From Eledone cirrhosa (Eukaryota), in NCBI GenBank assembly GCA_964016885.1, contig OZ024742.1:201252001-201316000 (forward strand): a stretch of 64,000 nucleotides of DNA. The letters run 5' to 3'. Position 1 is the stretch's first letter. Every line of letters begins with the position of its first letter. Both the position numbers and the translations under genes were made by a program. The notes beneath the pieces are model-generated. The model did not search any database. It saw only the letters and a list, made by a program, of their open reading frames with translations, and had not been told where the DNA came from. This document shows positions 41,657 to 55,343 of the stretch, in pieces.

Positions 41657-41808
41657 TAGAGAGTCAGGCAGAGAGAGTGAGGGGGAGATAGGGAGAGAGA
41701 GAAAGAGAGAGAGAAAAGGTCTTTTCTCTATAACCAGTTGTGTATAGAACCTTACTTCCCTTTTCATTTCAAATATGAGCTCAGTCAGCCGTCGGGGTCC
41801 TACTCGTT

Positions 41809-41847
<39 letters not shown>

Positions 41848-42093
41848 ATATATATATTTAGATATATATCTATATACAATATTATGTGATTCAGTAGATA
41901 CGTGGTTTACTGAAGCGAGTACCAAAACTCCGCACTCTATGCTAGGGCAGGGTGTATATATTGAAAACAAAGCGATGTTTCACATTAAGGTCTTTTGTGA
42001 ATATACATAGTTACGACCTTTCCTCAGATGGGTCTCTCAGGATCTATATTAATACTAAAGACCTTAATGTGAAACCTCGCCTTATTTTCTCTC

Positions 42094-42175
<82 letters not shown>

Positions 42176-43789
42176 TCTCTCTTTCTCTCCCCCCCTCTCT
42201 CTCTCTCTCTATATATATATATAGAGAGAGAGAGAGATATAGATACATATATGTATGTATATATATATAGAGAGAGAGAGATACATGTATCTATATATAT
42301 TTATATACATATCTTTCTCGCTCAATATATATATATATATACATATGTGTGTGTATGTGTGTATGTATGTATGTGTATGTGTGTGTGTGTTTGTGTGTGT
42401 GTCTGTCTGAGTGTGTGTGTGAGTTTTAAAGTAATAATTTTCATGTGAAATCGTGTGTTGAAACAGATATTGTTATATTTGGTCATGTTGCTAATATTAC
42501 TAATAACAAAACACACGCTCTATTTGATATTCCCTTTAGTTTTATTATTAATTACTTCTTCAATACTCTTTCGTCAGTCATTCTGTGACCTTCTCAATGA
42601 CTACTTGTTTTCCTAGTCTTATTTTGGAATAGCTACCCTCGCACCCATATCGGTATATAGTCAAACAGGGAATTGATATGATCGTTAGACCATAGAAAAT
42701 GTCTTGCATTATTCGTTCTGATTCTCTTAGCAATAAGTTCAAATCATCCTAAGCTCAACTTTAGCTTTTATCTTTGTGGTGTATCTAAAATAATATACCA
42801 GTTAAATCCTGGCGTTGATATAATTGAATAAGGCTTTATGAAGACATTTTTGACCTGGTGCTTATGTTGGTAAGCCGTGTCAGGTATCACATTTGTGACT
42901 GCATTATAGTTTTTGATATTCAAAAATGAAATGCATGTTTTTTCTCTGTGATTCGGAGAAAAAATATACATTTTTAAAAGACGGTTATATTTTAACAAAA
43001 TTACATTCAACACAAACTGCTGAAGAGGGATAAACTCAATACCCGCTTAAAAGAAGATCTTTTAAAACAGCATAAAAATAATCAAAACGAGAAAAAAAGG
43101 AATTACTTTTTATCAAGACACATTCATTTTAAATGGAAAAGATAACTTTTCTGCTGATAATGAGAGCACTATAAATAAGATTAGAAACTTACTTAGTAAT
43201 GATTACAACAGAACGTTATACACACTGTTGCACAGATAGTCCTTTCAAAGTGGTTATTTTGGATATAGACAAGGTCCTGTGAAAGTAAGAAGCCTAGCCA
43301 TGATGTTTCATAAAGGTGTACGGCCTCTTTTCATAGGATTGTCTCCAAGTAAAGGCAACGTATTAGGTGTAATTCGAAGTGACGTGTACTTTCTATATTC
43401 CCTGAAAAAGACGAATTAAAGAAGCCCATATTGAAGTGGGCTATTTTTCTCGACGACGACAAGGCATGCAATAGTGTCTACCTGGTAAAAAGTGTAGAAA
43501 TCATAAAATAAGAACCGATTCCCTGAATGACTACGAAGCTACATTGCTGAGAAGCACCGAGCTCATACACAATAAATAATTTCTAATTTTGGCTAATGAT
43601 TAGTATTTTAGGGTGAGGTTAAAGTTTATTATATTAGCTCCAGTAATTTACTGTCATTTTATTTCAGCGATCTCGAAAATTTAAATGCGAATTTGACTTC
43701 GGTAGTATTCAAACTCAGAAAGTAAGAAAGAAGATTTCTCCGTCGATCTACCGATTTTACTAATCCACCGCTCTTTCATAGAAAATTAA

Positions 43790-43965
43790 TAATTGTTTCT
43801 ACTTTAGGCACAAGGCCAGCAATTACCCAGTGCATTACTGGTACTTTATTTTATCGACCCGTAAGGATGAAAGGCAAAGTCAACCTCGGCGGGATTTGAA
43901 CTCAGATCGTAAAGAGCCGTAACTATGGCGTCCGACTCTCCACCAATACTGCCAATCCACCGCCT
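43790..43965 (-). mobile_element. Nin-domain-type SINE
   Basis: Reverse complement of the SINE consensus; older decayed copy adjacent at about 43575-43775. Confidence 0.85.
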
Positions 43966-44003
43966 TTTAGAAAATTAATAATGATAATAATATATGGGTA
44001 TAT

Positions 44004-44104
<101 letters not shown>

Positions 44105-44913
44105 TGCGTGTGCGTGTGCGCGTGTGTGTTTGTTTGTGTATGTGTGCGCGCCTGTATGTATATCAAAGAAGAATAAAAAAAATCAACAGTTCAAAAGGCA
44201 GGGTTTTCTCCTTACACGAAGTTTGATTGTGAAGTTACACATGTACTGCTTCGTTAATCTTTTGTCAATACACCCACCATAAAAAATGCAAGGGACACTT
44301 GAAAACTTGTATAACAAAAGCAAGTCTGTTGTTCACCTATTGCTATATGAAATAAATGAATGTATAATAAACGAAAAATATATGTCTAAAAACATTCTAC
44401 ATTTTTATAAGTTAAATCGTTCAAACGAGAAAGCGCAGAAAAAAAGGGAATTACTAGTGTGTTAATGAGACATTACACTGCAGCGCCTACAGGTTTTAGG
44501 ATTCAATGACGCACCAGTGTACGTCATAGAATGCAGTCAAGCAATAAGTACGATATTGCTTCTAACTCAAGCAAATAATTTTTATCTGCGAATCTTGGCA
44601 TCACACATGTTGGTGGTAGTGGGGCCATTAAGTATGGGGACATGGAATAAGTAATTGAATGTGTAAATTAAGCAGTAGAGATATTTTACAAGAATTTTTA
44701 TCATCATGTCGATGTCTAGCTTTCGACAAAACAGAATATTAGCCGTCTTGGTTGAAAGATTATTATTGGACTTGGTATATCTTATCGATCATTTACATAT
44801 TGGTCGACTGAGTACGAACGTGTATTTTTTTCTCCTCATTTTTTCCTCATTTACACTCGATTCTTCCTTTTATTACTCTACTTTTTATTCATCTTCTATT
44901 TCTAAGTCTATCT

Positions 44914-44942
44914 TCTGATGAAGGACGAGTGTCCGATACTTT
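44914..44942 (+). ncRNA. Decayed minimal hammerhead motif
   Basis: CTGATGA-A-GGAC-GAGT-GTCC-GATAC (GAAA changed to GATA); relative at about 23025-23050. Confidence 0.5.
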
Positions 44943-45035
44943 AAAACTCTTTTCCTGGTATTTCAAGCGTTAAACTAACATATTCTTCCTTGTAATGTGC
45001 CGCTTGTTTTGTTATTTCTGTTTATCTTTTACTCA

Positions 45036-45080
<45 letters not shown>

Positions 45081-45746
45081 AGATAGAGATAATTAAAAAA
45101 ATGTGTTCAGCAAGCCTTTTCATCTTTTCAAAACATTGAAAAGGCTTGTTGAACACATAACCAAAACCGATTGGTACCGTGGTCGGGATTTTATATACCT
45201 CTGCCTTCCTCTTTCTCTCTTTCTTTCTCTTTTTCTCTTTCATTCTCCCCCTCTCTCTCTTTCTATATATATATATATATAATGGCTAAGTTAGTGCGCA
45301 GCTTCAGTGCTTTGCCACAATAAATTAATATTTAAACCCTAATTTGATATTGAGTACTTTTTCTGACATCCGCCAATAACATACACACACAAGTGGTGGG
45401 CTTATTGCGAATAAGTATAATTTACTAGTTTCTTGATTACAACGTTCCAAGTAAAGATGTTTTAACCCACAATCATTGTTGACCTTCTCACACTTGCTAG
45501 AAAACAGAGAGGTAGTTAGAGACACTGACAGAATAATGCGAAGATAGATACATAGAGAGAGCTAGATGAATAACTTTGATAACTTTGATAGGTTTCGGCC
45601 AGTATTGGCCCAGGCCATGTCTAACTTAATAGCACCATCTGGCGAAATAAATTAGTAGATTTGGATTTTTTTTGGGGGGGGGGGGGTTAAAAGAGATGGA
45701 GCTACTGAAAGCAGCTTCTCTGAGCACTGTCCTTCATGACAATATG

Positions 45747-45850
<104 letters not shown>

Positions 45851-46406
45851 GGGAAATGAGAGTAGAGAAGAGAGAGAAGGGAGGGGAATGAGAGTAGGGA
45901 AGAGAGGAGAGAGAGGGGAAATATAGAGAGGGAAGATTTCAAACAACAATTTCTCAAACAAATCCTTTTCTCACTATATACATATATATAAAGAGAGAGA
46001 GGGAGAAAGAGAGAGAGAGAGAGAGTGTCAGAGAGACAGAGAGAGGAAGGGAGAGAGGGAGAGGGGAGAGAGAGACGAAGAGAGGGTGAGAGAGTACATT
46101 AGATATATATAAATAGGTAGCAAATAATGTTCTGTAACAAACCACGTCTAAAAGAAGCAACATATAAAACATTACAATTCCGTTACACCTTCAAACGATG
46201 GAACTCTATCTCAAACTAAGTTAATCATTGTTTTGTAATAAAGATTGTGCGAAAATGGATATTATTTAATATTTTCCTGCTTTCCGGCTATAGTTTGTCA
46301 TCAGATACTTTCACTTGGTATGTTTTATACGATTTAACACACGTAAGACAGTATTAGATCTATTGGTAATATATATGTACTGGTTATATACATTGAGGTT
46401 TAGTGT

Positions 46407-46466
<60 letters not shown>

Positions 46467-46513
46467 GTATATATGTATATATATATATACATATATATAT
46501 ATGTATATAAGTA

Positions 46514-46553
<40 letters not shown>

Positions 46554-46587
46554 TATATAACGAGAGAGAGACGCATATGGACTTATA

Positions 46588-46674
<87 letters not shown>

Positions 46675-46808
46675 TGACGTGTCTTAAGTCATCAAATATC
46701 CTTCTACTTATAATCTCATGAAATCAATATATATGCACAGAAAAACACGTGCACATACAAACAGTCACACACACGCGTACAAACGCGTACACACATATAT
46801 AAATACAA

Positions 46809-46907
<99 letters not shown>

Positions 46908-47590
46908 GAGAGGAATAATGGGAGAGTAATAAAGAGGCGGAGGGAGAGATTAGATGGAATCATTTTTAATATAAAAAGTCATATGTAACCTAAAAATGCC
47001 ACTGGAGTGTTTGTGGAAACATTTCAGATGATTTCTTTTTTATTTCCCGCTTCTGTGACCAATAACTGTGTATATATATGTGTGTTTATACGTACACACA
47101 CACAAACTCACACACACATATATATATATAAATACTTATATATATTTGTGCATATATATATATGCACTTATATTTATACATATATATGAGGATTGGTATT
47201 TCTCTAACTTTTCATGTGTGTATATATATATATATATATATTTATATGTGTGTGTGTCTGTGTATCTATGTATTGAGAGAGATAGGGGGGACTCTTGCGC
47301 TGAGACAGGGGTGACCACAAATCACTCCATATATGCGAAGAAGCAGAATGAGTATAGAGAAATGTATAAATCCGTCATTTTTAAAAATATAAATGAGTAA
47401 AAAATGAAGATTTCAGTACCACATCCTTTTATTGCGTAACGATCGTTTCTCTAACAATACTGCTTATGCACTTGAAATTGCATTAATTATTTTAGCTGGA
47501 CCCAAATTTATTTGCCATCTCATCTGATCGATATGCCCTGAACCTATTTCAGAATGAAATCTATATTCTTCTGAGTGTAACAACTATGTC

Positions 47591-47775
47591 GGATTGGCAG
47601 AATCGGTAGAGTGTCAGACACCATGCTTTGAGGTATAGAGTTATGGCCCTAAATGTTCTGAGTTCAAATCATGCCAAGCCAAGCTTTGCCTTTCATACTT
47701 ACGGGATCGATAAAATAAAGTGCTTGAAATGTACTGGGATAATTGCTGGCCTTGTGCTAAACGTAGAAACAATTA
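47591..47775 (+). mobile_element. Nin-domain-type SINE
   Basis: TGGCAGAATCGGTAG head, GAGTTCAAATC, CTTTCATACTTACGGGATCGATAAAATAAAG. Confidence 0.75.
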
Positions 47776-48065
47776 TTACATATCCTAAAAAAACATGAAA
47801 AATATAGCACGAAAAGAAGGAAAGAGTAAGAGAAATAGAGTGAGTACCAATTAAATTACTAAATACTGGTGAAAAATTTAGACTGAATGTATTTGATATT
47901 ACCGAGGGATTGAGTGCTTCAACGCAGGTCACAGATTTCGTAAGCATTTACATTCTCTTTAGAGAACAATGTTCTGTGCCCAATCAATTGTGTAGCAACG
48001 GAGAACTAGAAGATTATCACAAAAAACGGGGCATTTCTTCAAATATATCCGACCATGTTTCTCTG

Positions 48066-48327
48066 TGGTGTGCAGGAGAGAAGGCTGAGATGGTATGGAC
48101 ATGTGATGCGCATGGAGGATGACCGCTGTGTAAAGAAGTGCCAAGAAATCCCAGTAGAAGGAAGACGCAGTATAGAAAGACCACGAAAAATATGGGCGGG
48201 GTGGAGAGAGCAGAACTCAGACCGCTGAAAGTCACCGAGGAGATGACGAAGGACCGTGACACGTGGAGAGATGCTGTGCTGAATAGGACCCGTCCAACCC
48301 TTGAAAGCAGGGAAAAGTGGACGTAAA

Positions 48328-48362
<35 letters not shown>
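48066..48362 (+). mobile_element. RTE-type LINE 3' fragment with (ATG)n tail
   Basis: Translates VQERRLRWYGHVMRMEDDRCVKKCQEIPVEGRRSIERPRK; ends GGACGTAAA(ATG)n. Confidence 0.8.
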
Positions 48363-48390
48363 ATATATATATATATATCTATATATATAT

Positions 48391-51300
48391 AACGAAGGAA
48401 ATGTGGTAAGGAACCAGATGGACCATAACGCACCAGAGTACTCAATACTTAGGGTAGTAGAGTGGGTAATAGGAACGAGTAGGACCCCGACGGCTGAGCT
48501 CAAGCCGTTTCGACGGCTAATTCTGGACTAAATGAAAATGTTTATCCTGGTAAATGAATAGTCGAAACTTCTCAGGGGGTAATTCCATATATGGTAAAAG
48601 TGATTGGTCAAAAGTTTGTTGTTGAGACACATGATTCAATCATGGCATTTTGTGGAAGGTAGGGGTAGCTGAACTTGCCAGTAGAATAAAGAGGGAGAGG
48701 GAGTGGAGGAAACCCAGTCGTGCGTTGAAAGTGATAACTACAGCAGAATCCCAAGGATAAGAGGTCGAAAGAAGTATACTAGAGAGAGGGAGGGGGGAAG
48801 GAAGTCGAAAAAATAAGTAAATCTATATGGAGTAAATATATAGAAAAATATAAAAAATATTAATAATATAAAAAAACACAATTGCTGGTTACTATTCCCC
48901 TTCCACAATCATCAAATCTCTCACTGGTACTGCTAAACTATAGAAAAGTTTAATAGGTGGGACGGAATACTAAATACGAGATTGTAGTGAAAGAATTTTA
49001 TGAGTTAGTAGTAATCGGCCAAATCTATCTTACAATGACTGGTCAACAAGTAGGGGGCCAAAATACTGAAAAAAAAAAAAAAAAAAAAAATAATACGAAA
49101 TTAATTATTCAGAGTCCCGAAACTAATACGAAATATTAATTCAGAATCCCGAAATGAATACTAATACGATATATAAGAGTACTGCTACAATACATAAATT
49201 CTAATACAAACTACATAAATGCTCGTACGATATATATGAAAATCTAATACGAAAAATTTAATACGAAAAAATTAATTCAGAATCCCCCCCCCCCCCCCAA
49301 TACTGATATACGAGAAACTAAAGCAGAGATACCACTGAGAAATCTAGAAATCACGGAAATGGGGCAGCAATCAGATGAGAATGCAAGTATCTGGGGTCTA
49401 GCACATCTGCTATAAAAAGTGGAATCGGCCAATTCTATCATAGAATAGGGGGGGGGGGGGTACTGAGGCTACAGAGGACCGAAGGGCTGCCTCGGGGTGG
49501 GCGAGAAGGTGAAAAGAACGACGACAAAGAAGGAGATCTGGGGTGGAAGGACTAGGAAGGGATGGGGGGAAGAAGGAAATATAGAGGAAACAATAAAAAA
49601 TATATAAGTAAATCTTACGTCTACCTTTGTAAGCAGGGGTTACCCATTACAAAGTCGGCAAGCGGGGTGTTTCACCCCTTGTCTACCCCCCCACCTCCGG
49701 GTCATTATGGGGTTTGAGTGCGAGATAAGTCCTACGCAATCTGTGTTTGCATGCAGTTACCAGTTCGTCTATCTTGTTTAGGAGTTGGTCCGTCGAAAAC
49801 AGCATTTGTAATGTTTCCTCCGAGCATAAGTTACACGGACGGCGTCCTCCTGTGTAAGAGTTGGCTCTGGACAGTAAGCTCCAAGTGAGATTATAGGTTA
49901 TATTGTTATCTTTGAGGTGCCAGATGTGGCCCGAAAGTGTAATGGCATGACGCCAGGCCGGGTTTCGGAAAGTATGTCTGTGTTGGTATAGCCGCGTCTT
50001 GAAGTCACAAGCGGTTAATAAGGTTTGTTGGAGGTGTCCGTCCTCACGTTGCACTGGTAGATCACATTACGGTGGTCTGCATCTGTTGTCGAGGAGGGCA
50101 AATGGATCCATCAGGACAGTTACACCACCTGGTCGGCTCTCCACTGCTATCTAGGTTATTTCTTCCATAGATGTTGAGTTTTTTGTTGTTAGAGGAGACG
50201 ATGTTTTGTGCAAAGTCAGGTGTGGTGCTGTAGGAGAGTTTGATCGTATTTTTGTTGATTATGTTGTGGTAGCGGTGTTGCAGTGGGAAGTGTTTTTCGA
50301 TGAGCCTAAAGAAGATGTTCCCGATAGGTGTTGTCACCTCGGCGTTGTGGGGAGGATTGAACCATGTTACGTTGCGTGAGCGGTGGTGTCGCCTACTGGT
50401 TCCGCTAATGGAAGCTGGACAGTAGGATATTTCTTCCCGGAAGCTACTCCGCTTGAGGGCCTGGTTGTAATAAGGCGCATGTTCCTCGAATATCTGCTCA
50501 TTAGCAGACAAACGAGATATGCGGAGGAAGATGTTTTTAACCAGGTTATTGATGATGTTTCTAGGATGGTTAGACCGGCGGTGGATGTAGTGCAGGTTTG
50601 TCGTTTGGTTTCATGTATGGGTAGTACAGATCATTATCGAGGTCAAGGGTAACGTCCAGGAAGTTTACTCGGGTTAGGGACGTTTGTAGGATTATTTTAA
50701 ATCCCCAGTCGCGGAAGAAGCTGATTAATTGTTTACGGACTCGGTCTGAACTACTGGGGTTGTACCCTTTAAGGGTAAGGAGCCCATCATCACGGTACAA
50801 GCCATCGCCGAAGGCAGGAAACATATCGGTGAATTTAACTAGTAGGAATAATCCTATAAGATCTGTGACCTCAGCCGAATCCGTCGCGCCCATACTGACG
50901 TCGAGGGGGGAGTCGGGAGCTCTCTTTATCCATTTGGAGTTGTCGAAAAGTAGGACTGTCTTCCTGGCGTGGAGGATGATATTTCTTTCCTGGTCGGTGA
51001 TGGGTGCAAGTGTCTCGGCAAAGTCCAAGGCGGCCGTAAGGAGCGGTAAGGTAATTGAAGCATAATAACTCTCTATGTCAAACTGGATGAATTTTGTGTC
51101 TCGTTTGTCCTCTATATTGCTGAACCATGAGATTACTTCCTGGGTGTTGACCCATAGGCTATGTCTGGCGTTTTGCTTAACTTTTGGTATAACGCGGTCT
51201 AGGATTTTTTTACTGATTCTCTTATGTCGGACGTCGTTGGGTTCATATGCCAGATAGATGGTTTACGGTCGAAATCGGATTTGTGGTCCTTCAGTGTGAA

Positions 51301-52701
51301 GTAGGGAATACGTGGGTCTAGGGGTTTGGTGCGGTAGGCGACCCCGAGGCAGGAGGTAATTTGTAGTTCATCTCGATTTATGTCCTCGAGGCTTGAGTGG
51401 TTAGCCTTTTTATAGGTGTAGTTTAGGGCTGCTCCTGATCAGTGTGTGGTATCTGCCGGGGTTGACGAAGTAGAGGTTACCAGTTTTATCCGAGTGCTCC
51501 ATGATGTCATTGGTGTTATCATACTCTGTTAAGTTGCTACGGAGTTTTTGTAGGAATCTGTTATATCTGGGTTTGAATTTAATGCTCTTGACCAGTTGGA
51601 AAAGGTCATTCTCGAAGGGTCAGAGCATAAAGTTCAGAGGGGGAGATTTGTAGGTATTAAATCCGAATCTCTCCGTGGTATCGAAGTCTTGATTGTCGCA
51701 ATATCTGTCGTAGGAAAAAGTTCTCCATCTAAGTCTTTTCGCAAAGAGGTCGAATTTTGCGTGAGCATCCGAAGGTAGAGTTTTCTCGGTGGGACTGGGA
51801 TGTTCTTGGTGGAGAAGTCGATGTTGTGTTTTCGCATGGTGCGGGTGAAAGAACTTGAGCTTAGCGGAAAAGTCTGGATACGGCGTGGTAGGGTCGGAAA
51901 GTGCTCTACTACGGGGATAGGAGCTAGATAACGAACGAAATGTGGTAAGGAACCAGATGGACCATAACGCACCAAAGTACTCAATACTTAGGGTAGTAGA
52001 ATGGGTAATAGGAACGAGTAGGACCACGACGGCTGAGATCAAGCCGTTTCGACGGCTAATTCTGAACTAAATGAACATTTTATCCTGGTAAATGAATAGC
52101 CGAACTTCTCAGGGAGTAATTCCATATATGGTAAAAGTGATTGTCACAAGGATTGGTCAAAAGTTTGTTGTTGAGACACATGATTCTATCATGGCATTTT
52201 GTGGAAGGTAGGGGTAGCTGAACTTGCCAGTAGAAGAAAGAGCGAGAAGGAGTGGAGGAAACCCAGTCGTGCGTTGTGACAACTACAGCAGAATCCTAAG
52301 GATAAGATGTCGAAAGAAGTATACTAGAGAGAGGGAGGGGGGGGAGGAAGTCGAAACAATAAGTAAATCTATATGGAGTAAATATATAGAAAAATATAAA
52401 AAATATAAAAAAAAAAAAACACAATTTCTGGTTACTATTCCCCTTCCACAATCATCAAATCTCTCACTGGTACTGCTAAACTATAGAAAAGTTTAATAGG
52501 TGGGACGGAATACTAAATACGAGACTGTAGTGAAAGAATTTTATGAGTTAGTAGTAATCGGCCAAATCTATCTTACAATGAAAAGTCAACAAGTAGGGGG
52601 CCAATATAGTAAAAAAAAAAAAAAAACTAATACGAAATAATAATTCAGAGTTCCGAAACTAATACGAAAAATTTAATACGAGAAATTAATTCAGAATCCC
52701 C
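48391..52701 (-). mobile_element. Near full-length Penelope-like element (Nematis-like) with direct pseudo-LTRs
   Basis: About 51930-52701 repeats directly at 48391-49290; disrupted RT-EN ORF between; 3' end abuts (TA)n. Confidence 0.9.
49683..51837 (-). pseudogene. PLE RT plus C-terminal GIY-YIG endonuclease (frameshifted)
   Basis: MRKHNIDFSTKNIP, MGATDSAEV, GLYRDDGL, FLDVTLDL, WFNPP, CNCPDGSICP, FKTRLYQH, LSGHIW, CNLC. Confidence 0.9.
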
Positions 52702-53228
52702 CTACGGGAGCTTCCAACCGACATGGTTGCATTCTTTAAGGTTATGTCAATATTTGTTTATAAAACTGATCTATATTATATTTTATTTGATGAAAGCGCA
52801 CCATAATTTGCTTTGGTGTCCTTGAAATATGTATAATAAAATAAATATGGTTTTATAAATATAGTTTCCATTTGTTAATATATTGTATTTTTACTCCAAA
52901 TATTTGTTGAGTGCTTTATATCAGTTATAAAAATCCAAATTAAATATAACTTCTACATATATATATATATATATGTGTATGTGTGTGTCAGATGGTAGCT
53001 AAGATGCTTCCATAGGTAGTATGCCAGTTGAGCACTCTATGCTCTTACAGAGCAGAGTATAATAGAATAGAAAACGAAAAATCAGTGATGCATCTAAAAT
53101 CAATTTATTGTGCGTTACAATTGTTTCGCCGGCGGACAGCTCGAGACGCGATCATTGTGTGGATCTGTCTAATTCTGGACCCGCAGGCTCGACAGACACG
53201 TCTAATGATTTCGGAGCATATTCTCACA

Positions 53229-53285
<57 letters not shown>

Positions 53286-53294
53286 ATATGTATT

Positions 53295-54183
53295 CTAGGG
53301 CGGATAAAATTCCCGAGATCCATGGACGAGTTCTCTCCAGCGGCCTCTGTCCCTCATAATCGCTGCCATGTCCTGTGTCTCCAACAGACCAGTGTCTGTC
53401 CTTATGGCATCAACATACGTTAAAACATGGCTGGGGTTGTGAGAGCAGACCTCAGATCGCTGAATCTTACAAAGGAGATGAATAAGGGCCGTGACAAGTG
53501 GAGAGATGCTGTGCTGAATAGGACCCGTCCCACCCTTGTAAACAGGGAAAAGCGGACGTATAATGATGATGATGATGATGAAGATGATGATGATATATAT
53601 ATTTATACATATATATATATATCTTAGGCGGGTAAAATTCCCGAGATCCATTGACGAGTTCTCTCCAGCGGTCTCTGTCCCTCATTATCGCTGCCATGTC
53701 CTGCGTCTCCAACAGACCAGTGTCTGTCCTTAGGGCATCAACATTAATCTTGGTCTTCCTCTTCTAGTGTGTCCATGTAAGGGCTCCCAAAGGAGCACTG
53801 AGTGCAATGTCAACTCTGGATGTTGGTGAGCATGTCCAGCTAACCCCAGTCTCCTCTGTGTCACTTTTGAGCTGACTTTTGGGATGCTACCATACAGCTC
53901 TGAGTTTTTCATCCTCAGTGTATACTGATTAATGTTCAGAGCCATCCTCAGCATTCTCGTGTAGCACCCATCCGCCATCTTAGTGAGTTTCTGTATTTGG
54001 GAGCAAAGATTGGGAATACAGAAGATGATGTGGTTGAGAGGAAGAGCAAGGCCTGGGTGGCGTGCCACAGCTTGAGATCGGTGTGGAAGTCGGACCTTCG
54101 TAGAGACCTGAAAATCCGCCTCTTCATTGCTGTAGTGGAGTCTGTGCTGCTGTATGGGTCTGAGACTTGGACACTGACCAAGA
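53295..54183 (-). mobile_element. RTE-like LINE 3' fragment with 5' inversion and duplicated 3' end
   Basis: Minus 53623-53987 (DGCYTRMLR..RRLGLAGH..LLWEP..RGRP); plus 53985-54183 (EFLYLG..VESVLLYGSETW); 3' end repeated at 53295-53418. Confidence 0.8.
53421..53594 (+). mobile_element. RTE-type LINE 3' tip with (ATG)n tail
   Basis: Same family as 48066-48362 (DRDKWRDAVLNRTRPTL). Confidence 0.8.
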
Positions 54184-54218
<35 letters not shown>

Positions 54219-55269
54219 GGACGGGTTCCGTTTCCCCTCTAGCAAATTTCAGTCAAAAAGTATTCGTTAGCCTTATGCTTCAATAGAAGACAGTATCTCA
54301 ATGTGACAGATAGTGGAACTGAAAACCAGAACCACATTGCTCTCAACCGAACTTGTTCAACCACAGCCATACATGCACTTACTTATTTTTTAAAGAAATA
54401 TTTTTAGATTTTATAGCTTATCTGCTGCAAGACTAAATGCTTCTTTCTTGCTTCTTAAAAAGATTGGAAATACTTTAAACCTAAAACAGCCTCTTAAAGA
54501 AGAGTATTATTATCATCATCATCATCATCATCATCATCATAAAGAAGAGTATTATTATCCTCATCATCATCATCACCATTATTATTATCATTTTGTTCCA
54601 AAATGGCTACAGGAAATAAATAAACAAACAAGACAAATACCAAATATAAAAATTTGAATAGGAAATAATGAGCTGGTTTTTATGAAAAGAAATTATTGAA
54701 AAATATATAATATAAAAAATGAAATAAAATATTTCCTGAAAATATGGGAAAATATAAGATTTATTTGGAATCGAACTGTATTAAAACATTCTCTGAAAAT
54801 GGTGGGTCTATGGGGTTGGTAGTGGAGATGTTTGGTGGTGTGGTGACAGTACTGGTGGAGATAGAGAGGGACGTGTTAATCGTGTGGTGGTGAGGTTGGG
54901 ATTTTTGTTGGTGTGATTATATTGATGGGTGTGATTATACAGGTTGGGTAGTGAGGCTAGTGGTGGTGTAAGTTGGCAGGGTGGTTGGTTCGTGCTGTTG
55001 GTTGTGGGTGGTCATGAAGTGATGTTGGGGTGAGATGAAATATTAGCGAAGATTAGATTGAATAAAATTAATGCGTTTCATTGGCAATATACAGAGATAC
55101 ATGTTTTCTGTAGACATAATTATATCGAAGATAGATATATGTACTCACACACATCTATACATACACATACCCATAAAGACGTATATATAGCTACATATAT
55201 ACACGCACAAACACACACACAGACACACACAGAGACATATATATATATGTGTGTGTATTTATATTCATG

Positions 55270-55343
<74 letters not shown>

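Noticed and set aside
49683-51837. Selenoprotein-type recoding or N-terminal-EN (Naiad) PLE
   Set aside because: Endonuclease is C-terminal; disruptions are frameshifts and mixed stops, not UGA at conserved Cys.
54448-54657. Poly-His protein ORF (also 27756-27959)
   Set aside because: (CAT)n/(CAC)n trinucleotide repeats.
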